The notes beneath the pieces were generated by a model. The model saw nothing but the letters and a program-made list of their open reading frames with translations, ran no database searches and was not told where the DNA came from. Below, one piece after another: positions 48,801 to 59,415 of a stretch of 64,000 bases of DNA (position 1 is the stretch's first letter; each line of letters starts with the position of its first letter). The DNA comes from Macrostomum lignano (taxonomy: Eukaryota). The DNA is taken from the NCBI GenBank assembly GCA_002269645.1, contig NIVC01003773.1:1-64000 (forward strand). The letters run 5' to 3'. The translations under genes and the position numbers were made by a program.

Positions 48801-51560
48801 AAAATCTCACCTCTTGCACGGTTGACTGTCGCTGAGATGCAGCAATATTATTGTTATTGGCAGACATTCCATCCTTATCAGTTGATTTAGCCAATGTGTT
48901 AGCCTTCTTTTTCGACCAATATTGAAACGCCTTCTCTGCGTCTACTTTGCGCTCAGTTTGGCGTTGTTGCGCGTCTAATCGAGCCTGAATTTCGCGTCGT
49001 TTCGCTTCGCGCGCCTCCCGACGTTGCCGACGTTCGGCGCGATTTTTCTCGCGCAACCAAGCGCGCACGTCGGGATTATTAGATTCGGATAATTTATGAT
49101 CGGAACCAAATCGGCCAGCCATGCGCTGCGGTGCGCCAACTCGATATCCGTGTAATTGTTGTTGTTGCTGCTGCTGCAGCTGGTCTTGCTCTCGATCATT
49201 CTCATCTGCTTCGGGCGCATCTTGCTCAGCTGATTGCGAATGCTCCTCCTCATTCGTTTGAACCACCTGAGGTGCGGAATGAATAACAACACACTATAAT
49301 TTAAGAAGTGATTGATTGTTGCAGGAACTACTCGTAGTTCACTCAGAAAACTAGTACAACTATCTATAAATCACAACCTCGAAAACTCCATCCTTTATTT
49401 AAAATCCATTTATAAGAAGATCAGGCTCTGTGATTTGTTTCAGTTATTAACAGTCAGGGGCTGTGTGCACCCTGGTGCACTTTAAGCGACATTGCCACAC
49501 AACCGGTGAGAGGCATCACTGCCCCCATTCCGCCGACTCCCCTGAGCAGGCACACAAGCGCGCGGATACGTACGCAGTCATACGTACAGGCACACACTCA
49601 CACAGGAGTGTACAGCGGCCCTAACTTTATTTATCGTTAGGCATGTACACTTCATTATGCCTTGGGGGTTGGCCCTCAAGCTGGGCGTTAATTGCACGAG
49701 CAGAGCCAAGCCGAGATTCCAATTCAGTCCCAAATTAATGTGACTGCACTTGGAATCGAGCCTGGGCCGCTGGCACATTAGAGCGCCGCTCCAGACTTAC
49801 TGGGTTACGGCACCACTATCTACGGCCACGAGATACTTTTGAATTGTCCTAATTTCAACTCGCTGGCATTGTACGATTTCAATCTTATGATAAAAGAAAA
49901 TTGCAAGGATTTCAACATTAGGCGTTTTATATCCGACTTTTTTAAGAATTGTAGTAGCGATAGTTTGTCTTTCGAATCCAAACCGATAATGAAAAGAAAT
50001 AAAACAACAATAACCTCTTCAGGCAGTTCATTCTCCTGTTCAGATTCTTGCTTTTCTTGCGCCGATTCTAGAAATACAGTTCGCGCTTCTACATCACGAC
50101 GCTCATTAGTAGCTTGTCGATGTCGATGCGGTCTCGGATGAGATTGACTCTGACTATCCAGTTCTGGAGCAACTCTACCACCCAGTGGGTGACTTCTCTT
50201 TATAGACGTTGCCGACTCTTTGTCTCGTCCGTCGTGAAACTCTACCCGAGGATGTCGAGCCTGACCGCTACTAATACCGAGCTGATTCTGTTCCGTCTGC
50301 TCACTCTGCTCAGTCACGTGACCCATAATTCTAGCCGTGGATGCGTAGTTCTGCCAAGCCTGCCGGCATTCGGCTACGCTGCGTTGATAAGCCAATCGAG
50401 CCTCGTTGGCATAGTCTCTGGCTAGTAAGCTGTCAATCTCGCTCAGGCGTTGCGCCATTTTTTCGTCGTTACTGATTGGACGATACTTTTGGCGCAACTG
50501 TTTAGCTGACATGGACGGGGCGCGTGAGCCGCGACTGCCGCCGCCAAGAGAGCCGATTGTTGTCGCCGAAGTTGAGCGATCGCTAGCCAATGGCGGCTGC
50601 TGCTGCTGCTGTTGTTGATGTGGCTGCGGCGGCCTAGAACACGAATTAATTGAAGCGCGAGACCAAGGAGCCACGGGACCTAACGGCTTCTGTTGCTTTT
50701 TCTTCTTTTTCAATGACTGCTTCTTTTTTCGCTTCTTCTCTTTAGGTTCAACTGGAGACGTTTCGGGCTCATTGGCGGTCACCTGTTGCTCTGAATCATT
50801 GACAGACTGCTCAAGTTCAGCCTTACCAACAGATTCGCAATCTGCAGCTGCTACTTCGTCTACAATCTGATTTTCATTAGTGCATTCATCGTTAGGATTC
50901 TCCTGAATTGGATTGGCACAACTACTAACAGTAGGCTCTGGTTCACCAGGCTCATTATTATTATCGTCAACATCGGACGCTTCATCTTCAGCTTCCTCTG
51001 GGATGACATCGTCGCTAATTGAATCGTCATGCAAAATAGCTTTTAATAAATCCATGTCCGTTCGGGATCCGTTAGACACAGAGGCTGGACGTTTTGACTC
51101 TTTAATGTAAACCTGACCGGATGTTTCTTCATCCTTGACTTCGTCATACTTGACATCATCATCATCCTTGACCTTATCATCCTTGACTTCGTCATCCTTG
51201 ACTTCTTCATCCTTGACTTCGTCATCCTTGACTTCGTCATCCTTGACTTCGTCATCCTCGACTTCGTCATCCTCGACTTCGTCATCCTTGAATTCATCAT
51301 TGAGTTCATCACCATTTTTGACTTCGTCATCCTTGACTTCATCCTTTACTCCATTATCATCCTTGACTTCTTGGACTTGTTCACGATCAGACTGCTCTTC
51401 AAGTTCCTCAGGAATGCAGCCAATATTATCGCCAGTTGATGCTGGAGAAGAAGCTCTGCTCCTGTCAGAAGAGCTGTCTGATCTTTGAGATGCTTCGTTT
51501 AATAAATCAGGATCGATCAAAGCATTTTTGTAAGACATATTCTGCTCGCCAAAGTTCCGG
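45873..51560 (-). CDS. Uncharacterised acidic / coiled-coil protein with W-x-x-x-K motifs (CCDC34/CCDC181/MAP9-like); exons 51560-50015 (ATG at 51538), 49266-48811, 47318-47052, 46304-45873
   Basis: Four exons joined by canonical GT-AG, all phase 0, no stops. Motifs VRAWLREKN, AEKAFQYWSKKK and LSFDDWSQRK lie within charged helices. Family assignment is tentative. Confidence 0.7.
46370..46850. repeat. Degenerate ~30-bp minisatellite in the last intron of the coiled-coil gene
   Basis: Unit approximately tgattgggaattccccatctccccaatgtt. Confidence 0.85.
46865..47000 (+). mobile_element. Interspersed repeat core (SINE-like family), copy A
   Basis: gaaggccaacccccaaggcac...gggccgctgtacaccctgtgtgagcgtgt...gcgtacagtattg aligns with copies B and C. 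Confidence 0.7.
47362..48752. repeat. 31-bp minisatellite, about 45 copies, filling an intron
   Basis: Unit gataggggaggtggcgccagataaactacat. Confidence 0.98.
49440..49814 (-). mobile_element. Putative tRNA-derived SINE (head plus conserved core), copy B
   Basis: Minus strand begins GGTGCCG TAACCCAGTAAG (A-box-like)...GGCGC TCTAAT GTGCC stem-loop...GGCTCGATTCC (B-box-like), followed by the core shared with 19275-19435 and 46865-47000. The 3' end is uncertain. Confidence 0.6.
51130..51385 (-). repeat. 15-bp coding tandem repeat encoding (EVKDD)n
   Basis: Plus-strand unit gtcatccttgacttc, in frame within the exon. Confidence 0.9.
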
Positions 51561-52791
51561 CTAGCATGCAAAAAAGAAGAAAAAAACAGATGTGAACTGA
51601 CTTTTTCGCCTACTTATAAGTAGAAACCTACGGGTTTTATATGCTCGAACTTGGAAAAATTCTTAATGATCAGTCTATACTACTTATTATTATCGACAGT
51701 AACTAAATAGGTAAATAATAAGGCACGAAGGCGAAACGCATTTAAAGCACAAAAAAGAAAGAACAGCAATACAAGTACGATGTAGAATTTATTCAAAGCG
51801 GTTCCGCCTTCTTATCGGTAAACTTCTTTATAGAATTAATCTAAGGTATTACAGTAACAGACTTGGGATGCCAGAGATACTGGCCATTTATATTTATACT
51901 TTTATCAAACGAGTTTTAATTAGCAACAATTAATAATCATTAAAAAGCACAAAATATTCGCAAATGTAATGTTTGTTTCCGATATCTATTTATAAATAAA
52001 GACAGTATGTAAGCAGCGACAGAGTGCTTAGAGTGCGTCAGATTTAAAATCTTATTAAGCAATAATAATGATAGTGTTTAAATCAAGTTTTAATATTATG
52101 TATACTACAACATAGTACAAAATTTATTTATAAAATACAAAATACAAACTGCTTAAAAATTGCAATAACGAATTCGCCTCATAGTACGTGTGCTAATTTA
52201 AAGAAATGACAAAATGCACATACAATGTACAAACGAATAATTAATATAAACATTTTTTATGAATACTTCGATTGCTAAAACGTCACTTACTGGTTAGTGT
52301 CAAAAATATTCAAATTATTGTATTAGTTAGTTTTATTTATTTACAAAACAGAGAGAACCTGTCGACTGTGGTACAGTTTTAGTCGATCTAATTATCTATA
52401 TATCAGCAAAGACGCGAAAAAATGAGTGAAAAATAACAAATCAGAGAAAGAAACACAAAACTCGTTTTAAACTGTCAAATAATAGGATATGTACCTGTAA
52501 TTAGCAAACTTTGACAGTAAAATTTTATCACTAGAATACGTTTAAAAAATCAGACAGACTGCTAGTAGGACTTACAAAGTACACGGTGACCTTTAACTAC
52601 AGGATTTTTTAAGAAATCCTTTAAAAGACGCCGGCTTGTTTATTGCCTATTAAGAAATCTTCTCATTTTGAATAAACAACAAAAAGCGAGAAATCTGCAA
52701 TTTTGTTAGTTATACTTCTTTATAAACAAAATGCATGTAACAAATATTTATACACATTTATATACTACTATAAATAAACAGTTGTTTCATC

Positions 52792-53122
52792 TAGGGGTTG
52801 GCAACCGTTTTTAACTCTAAGAGGGAGGAGAGTAGACGAGGGGAGATGAGATGAAAGGAGAGGAGAGAGAAGTGAGAGGGAAGGAGAGGAGAGGAGATGA
52901 GATGAGAGAGAAGCGAGAGAAGATAAGATGAGATGAGATGAGAGGGGAGAGAAGTGAGAGGAGAGGAGAGGAGAGGAGATAAGATGAGATGAGAGGTGAG
53001 ATGAGGGAGAGAGAAGTGAGAGAGGAGAGGAGAGAAGAAAAAAAGAGTTGAAATTAGAGAAAAGGGAGTTCATACTCTTTCAGACTAAGAAGAGACAGCC
53101 TTGAAGAGCGGGCAATCCCCTG
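52792..53122 (+). mobile_element. hAT/Charlie-like MITE copy 2 with an expanded internal GA-rich tract
   Basis: Left end taggggttggcaacc (12/15 to CAGGGGTCGGCAAAC) then ttttaact; aagagaca near the 3' end; weak right end ending cccctg. Confidence 0.45.
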
Positions 53123-53212
53123 CATGACTTAATCAGTAGTTTATACGAACATAAGCACTGTTATGTAATAATTGACAGGTTCGCAAACTAAAAAGTTATT
53201 TAAACTAGCAAA

Positions 53213-56200
53213 TCAGGCTTGCTCTAAGCATTCTTTAATAGCGGCAATAGCTTGGGCCAATTTAATGGCCGGGCCCAATGGCATTTTGAGTATGCTCAAC
53301 AGATCCACCTGTTGCAGGTGTAGAAACGCATCGCCGTCAATCTCTTCAACAATGAAAGCGTCGGCGAAAGGTTCGCAGCCGGGTAGTTGACGTACTAAGT
53401 CGCTAGTTTCGGCTACGGACCATCTGGGCACTTCAGACACGTCAATACTAGCTAGAGAAGGTATGAGCTGAGTGTGCTCAGGCCACACCAACGGCCCAGT
53501 GTCTTTGCAAGGATTGTATTGAGAAATGCTAGGCGAAAATACGCTCCGATAGAATGGACAACCAGGCGAGCCGGGACGCTGATGATGAGGCGATGCTTGG
53601 CGACTAGACTGATTTGGAAATGCCGAGTTGCCCTGGGACGATCGTTTGTTCGATAATTTAGATCCTCGAATAGCTTGCTGATCATTCGGCTGCTGAGCTC
53701 CACCAGAGGCAGCTTCATCAGCCTCCAATTCTAATCTGTCAGGCAATTCCCGATGCGAGTTCCGTTCAGCGTAGGGGCAGCTTTTAATGCTTGAATGACT
53801 TTTATAACCCGGACCTTTGACGTGGCCTAGGCCGCGGCAGCCAACGGTTGGACAGGTGAACTTCTCGCTATCGTGCCAGGTAGGCAGCGGCTCCAAGGGA
53901 TGGCCGGTTCGATGACAATAGCCAACTGGCAGCAGCTCCATCGAGCTGTCCAGCGTGATGAAAGCGAATTTCTCGCCCCAGCCGTCTGGTAGGATTTGTA
54001 GAAATCCCGGATAAGGATTGGGATCAACTACGGTGCCAATGCGGACTAGGCGAGTGTTGCGAGGATCAACGAATTCCAGCTTCATGCCCAGATCGAATGG
54101 GATCGGTTGGCGAGGCCGGAATGCGGCCGGCATCACCGGTTCCGAACAGGTGCTCTCCAGGTAGCGATCCCAGGTGAATACCTGGGGATTAGCATTTTTG
54201 TCAGTTGTTAAATTAGATATGACATGAAGAATTGGGCACCATTCTTAGTGAGGATTAGCGATTCTCGCTGGGGATTAGCGATTCGAAATGAGGATTACCG
54301 ATTCAAAATGGGAATTAGCGATTCCTAATAATGAGGATTAGCGATTCAAAATGGGAATTAGTGATTCCTAATAATGAGGATTAGCGATACCTAATGAGGA
54401 TTAGCGATTTCCAATAAGGATTAGCGATTCCTAATAATGAGGATTAGCGATTCAAAGTGGGAATTAGCGATTCCTAATGAGGATTAGCGATACCTAATGA
54501 GGATTAGCGATTTCCAATGGGGATTAGCGAAACCTAATGAGGATTAGCGATTTCCAATAAGGATTAGCGATTCCTAATAATGAGGATTAGCGATTCAAAG
54601 TGGGAATTAGCGATTCCTAATGAGGATTAGCGATTTCTAATGAGGATTAGCGATTTCCAATGAGAATTAGCAATTCCCATTGGGGATTAGCGATTCCTAA
54701 TGAGGATTAGCGATTTCTAATGAGGATTAGCGATTCCCAATGAGGATTAGCGATTCCCATTTGGAACTAGCGATTCCTAATGAGGATTAGCGACTCCTAA
54801 TGAGGATTAACGACTCCTATTGAGGATTAACGACTCCTATTGAGGATTAGCGACTCCTATTGAGGATTAACGACTCCTATTGAGGATTAGCGACTCCTAT
54901 TGAGGATTAGCGACTCCTATTGAGGATTAACGACTCCTATTGAGGATTAGCGATTCCTATAATGAGGATTACCGACTCCTATTGAGGATTAACGACTCCT
55001 ATTGAGGATTAGCGATTCCTATAATGAGGATTACCGACTCCTATTGAGGATTAACGACTCCTATTGAGGATTAGCGATTCCTATTTGGAACTAGCGATTC
55101 CTATTGAGGATTAGCGACTCCTATTGAGGATTAGCGACTCCTATTGAGGATTAACGACTCCTATTGAGGATTAACGACTCCTATTGAGGATTAACGACTC
55201 CTATTGAGGATTAGCGACTCCTATTGAGGATTAGCGACTCCTATTGAGGATTAGCAACTCCTATTGAGGATTAGCGACTCCTATTGAGGATTAGCGACTC
55301 CTATTGAGGATTAGCGCTTCCCAATTCATATAAATGGCATGCATTGAGACGCGAGCCGCACTCACCTGCCGGCACCACTCCTCGGGCAGTGACAGAGCTC
55401 TGTCGTGCTGCTCGCACCAGCCCACAGGGTGTATAGTTGGCGAATCAACTTTAGTCCAAAAGTCGTACGTGTTATCCCAACCGTCGAAATGGATGCATAT
55501 CCGATTGGCCATTACTATAGCAACGGTTGCTACGCAGATGTGATCGGGATTGCGCGGATCCACGGCTTCGAGTTTTTGGCCTTCAGAGAAACCGTGATCG
55601 GGCAGCGGGAGATCCCAGGGCACAGAGAATAGGCACCTGTTGAATTGCAGGCATGTAATAAATCATATCGTACATTCGAACATATCCTGTTCAGAAACTC
55701 ATGCTAAAATTGCACCTTAAATGATTGTATAGAGTTTAATAAGCAGAATTTTATAATCTGTCTAAAATTTTCCAGACTCGATTTGACTTTTTTTGACATA
55801 CGAATCTCTTTCACAAATCTATTGTACTATCGATTTGGATCCTAAGTTTTTGCAAGGATCCCGGAATTTCAAGATTTGGGATCCCAGGATTTCGGGATTT
55901 CGAATTCTGAGATTTAAGATCCCGGGATTTCGAGATTGGGATCCAGGGATTTCAGGATTTGGAATTTCGGCAATTGGGATTTTGGGATTCGGGATCTTGG
56001 GATCCCGTGGTTTCGGGATTTCGGATCCCTGGATTTCGGGATGAGGGATCCCGTGGTTTAGGGAATTGGAATCTCCGAATTTCGGGATTTGGGATCTCGT
56101 GGTTTAGGGATTTTGAATTTTGGGATTAGGGATCCCGTGGTTTCAGGATTTCGGATTTCTGGATTTCGGGATTTAGGATCCCGTGGTTTCAGGAATTGGG

Positions 56201-58756
56201 ATCCCTGGATTTCGGGATTTGGGATCCCGTGGTTTCAGGAATTGGGATCCCTGGATTTCGGGATTTAGGATCCCGTGGTTTCAGGAATTGGGATCCCTGG
56301 ATTTCGGGATTTGGGATCCCGTGGTTTCAGGAATTGGGATCCCTGGATTTCGGGATTTAGGATCCCGTGGTTTCAGGAATTGGGATCCCTGGATTTCGGG
56401 ATTTGGGATCTCGTGGTTTCGGGATTTTGGGATCCTGTGGCTTCGGAAATTGGGATCCCGGATTTCGGGATTTTGGATTTTGGGATTAAGAATCCTATGG
56501 TTTCGAGGTTTTGGATCCTTGGATATTTCAGAATTTGGGATCCTGGGATTTCAGTATTCGGGATCCCCGTTGTTTTGGTGCTAGGATTCTGACTGTGAAA
56601 CGATGTCGTCGGGAGCGTTGCGCCAGGGTGCCAGCAGCCCTCCTGTGTATAGTATATTACACTGTGATACACTATTTTATATTACTATTGTGTATGCATA
56701 TACAAAACGAACCTTGGAACTGCTCGCAGCTTATTAGTCATGATATAATCGAACCAATTGAAACTGCCAGCCTCGTAGCCTTTAGGCGGCTGCAACGGGA
56801 ATCCATTGTGCTTAGCCCAGCCAACCGGAAACAGGAAGGGCGAATCCGCACTGCACCAAAAGTCGTGCAACTCTGTGTAGCCTTCAAAATGCAACCGCAG
56901 CCTGCAGCCCTGAATTTCGCTAATACTTAAACAACAAATCAACGACTCGTGACACGGATCGACGCCTTCCAGCACCATGCCGAGTTCGAACTCCGACATA
57001 CGATTCCTAATCAGATGCGAATGAGTCGAAAAGAAGCGCTCCGGTGCCGCTTGGCTAGTTGTGTCTTTCAGATACTTTTTCCACAGGAACACGCCATTTG
57101 GGGCGTGGTATTTGCCTGCCTGTTCAACGTCAACTTGACAGATTTGGAATCGTTTCTGCTTCTGCTGCTGTTGCTGCTGTTGCAGATCATTGGCGCTGCT
57201 ATCCTCGCTGCGTTTCCGTTTCCGACACACATTAATAAACGCAGTGGTAATAGGCGGCAACTTTGAGCACGATTCTGTGCAATATTCGCCTGCTCCGTCT
57301 AATGAGCCGCGAATTTGGCCTTCAGAGCCGCAGCTACGACAGACGAATCGCTGCTCACCGCTTCCACCATTCTGCTGGCCTAAATTTGCCAATGACACAT
57401 GCCGATCGTCAGTTACCATGGGAACAGTGGAACCGCTCGAGTCTCTATCGGCGCTAGTGTGCCTACTACGCAAATCGGCTTCCTCGTCAGTGAAATCGTC
57501 TTCTAATAACTCTAAAATGCCGTTAGTCTTACGGAAACGCAACCCGGTGCCAGGTAAATAGCCGCAATCGTCTTGCCAGATTAAATCTTCACCAACGCTA
57601 GCTGGTGAATGGCACAGACGCGAATTTAATTGAGCGTGTGGATCTAGAGATTTAATCTCCTTGTCAAAGTCTATAGGAGTTGGCGACGGCGGTCGAGGCT
57701 GCGGCTGGGGCGGCGGCGGCGGCTCATTCTTTGACTGCTGCTGTGTCACAGGCGTACCAGGCAAAGTGCCATTAACAATGACAGTTGGACGACAATTCGA
57801 CTGCGCAGATGGAGAAGGAGGAGCCAAACGCTGTTGCTGTTGCGGAGTCTTTGGCCTAGTCTTCTGTATAAGCTTTGAGGCCATTTCTGATAAATCTAAT
57901 TGAGCTTGAGCTTGAGTAGCGCACGAATTTGATGGCTTCTTATCAGATGCTGAAGCTCTTTGCTGCTGCAGTTGTTGTACGCCTCTTTTAGAAGACAATT
58001 CGCTCATTTCTACAACCACAGGCTTTGGCAGAGGCTGTTTTTGTTGCTGCCTAAACGGTGCAATTGGTCTAAATGCGCTAAACCGAGCACTACTATTAGT
58101 ATCAGTAATGCTGGCTACCGAGACCTTTGTAACAGCAGTTGTAGAGGCCACTGTAGACGCTGGCCTAGCTTGAAAAACTGATATGATACCAGGCGAAGAT
58201 ACGCTTACAGCAAGTGGCATCTGGGCAATGGAGACGGCTGTAACTTCTGGAGGAAGCGACGTTTGCTGAATACCAAAGCCAGACTGCTGCTGCGGCTGCT
58301 GGAGTGGTGGCACTCGGCAAACAGGAAGTGGAGCGGCCACAGTTGTCACTCTCGGCGATATTGGCAGACGATTAGACTGTTGCTGCTTATTAGAGGAACT
58401 CGAACAAGACGAAGCCGACGATTTCTTAGAAAGATCGTAAACAACGTTATTAGAATTGGACGACAATGAGATAACATCTGAATAGACTGTTTTAGTAACG
58501 TGAGCCGGTTGTATAAAAGCGGGAGTTGATTGCTGGTGAGCAATAGCTGTTTGCCTGCTTACTGGCTGCACTGCTGGCTTAGCGGCTATCAGCTGATGAT
58601 GCGAATGATGAAGCTGCTTCGGCGGCGGCGGTGGAGGTGGAGGTGGAGGAGGAGGCGCCGGAGCTGATAAAAGCCTTGGTGGCGCTACGTAAGGCGCCGG
58701 TCTAAGCGCGGGCGGCGTTGACCAAATTGACGCCACAGCTGCAAAGTGCTGCTGAG

Positions 58757-58809
<53 letters not shown>

Positions 58810-59204
58810 GAGGTATGCTGACGATGATGGTGATGATGGTGTGGAGAAGAGAGCGGCGGCTGCAGCTGCTGCTGCAGAGGCGTCGGTCGCGGAAGCAGAG
58901 GCGGCAACGGTGAAGCGGCAGCAGCGGCAGCCGCAGCCGCTGCGGCCATATTAGGTAAGGCGTAGGGCGACATAGACACTGCATAGGGTAGCTGAGATCG
59001 CTGTTGCTGCTGCAGATGCTGATGAAGCTGCAGAGCGGCAGCCTGAGCAGGCTGAATTGGTGTCAGAGCAGGAGGCAATGGACAGTTGGCAGTGACAGGC
59101 GCATGATGCTGCTGATGACTAGCACTAGTAGGACGCGGTGCGAGAGCCGGCGGATGGCTTGTCCGATCCCGATGATGATGCTGCTGATTTGAACGAGGTT
59201 CCAT
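53213..59204 (-). CDS. L3MBTL: Lethal(3)malignant brain tumor-like protein (L3MBTL1/3/4 family), about 1243 aa; exons 59208-56713 (ATG 59204), 55636-55366, 54181-53213
   Basis: Q/P/H/A low-complexity N-terminus; FCS-type zinc finger (CRSCG...YCTESC); three MBT repeats (FELGMVLEGVDP, FSEGQKLEAVDP, FDLGMKLEFVDP); C2HC finger CPTVGCRGLGHVKG...HSSIKSCP; C-terminal SAM domain (WSVAE...EEIDGDAFLHL...PLGPAIKL). Junctions in phase. Confidence 0.93.
54250..55316. repeat. 20-bp minisatellite filling L3MBTL last intron
   Basis: Unit gaggattagcgactcctatt. Confidence 0.96.
55845..56575. repeat. 23/46-bp minisatellite in L3MBTL intron
   Basis: Unit gggatcccgtggtttcaggaattgggatccctggatttcgggattt. Confidence 0.92.
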
Positions 59205-59294
59205 GTGACTGGAAAACCAAAGTATCAAATTTTATATTTAAAAACTGTCAGAGATATAGCCTACTGATTAGTAGCAAAGAAAGAATATTTATTG

Positions 59295-59415
59295 CAAGGG
59301 ATTGGAAAACTTTTTTACTTCAATGGCCAGATAGATGAGAGAAAAGTTAAGAAAGCTGAAAGAGACACAAACCTTAGGTGGGCCAGATTGTCATAGTAAA
59401 GTTTTAAAGGACCCA
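59295..59415 (+). mobile_element. hAT/Charlie-like MITE copy 3
   Basis: caagggattggaaaacttttttactt...ggccaga...gagagaaaag...gctga-aagagacacaaacctt...ggccagattg...aagtttt-aaagg is colinear with 3715-3840. Confidence 0.6.

Noticed and set aside
54250-55316. Telomere-like repeats suggested by gattag motifs
   Set aside because: The unit is a 20-mer with no TTAGGG runs; an ordinary intronic minisatellite.
58620-58930. (CTG)n and (GGN)n runs in L3MBTL
   Set aside because: They encode ordinary poly-Q, poly-P, poly-A and poly-H tracts, common in chromatin regulators.
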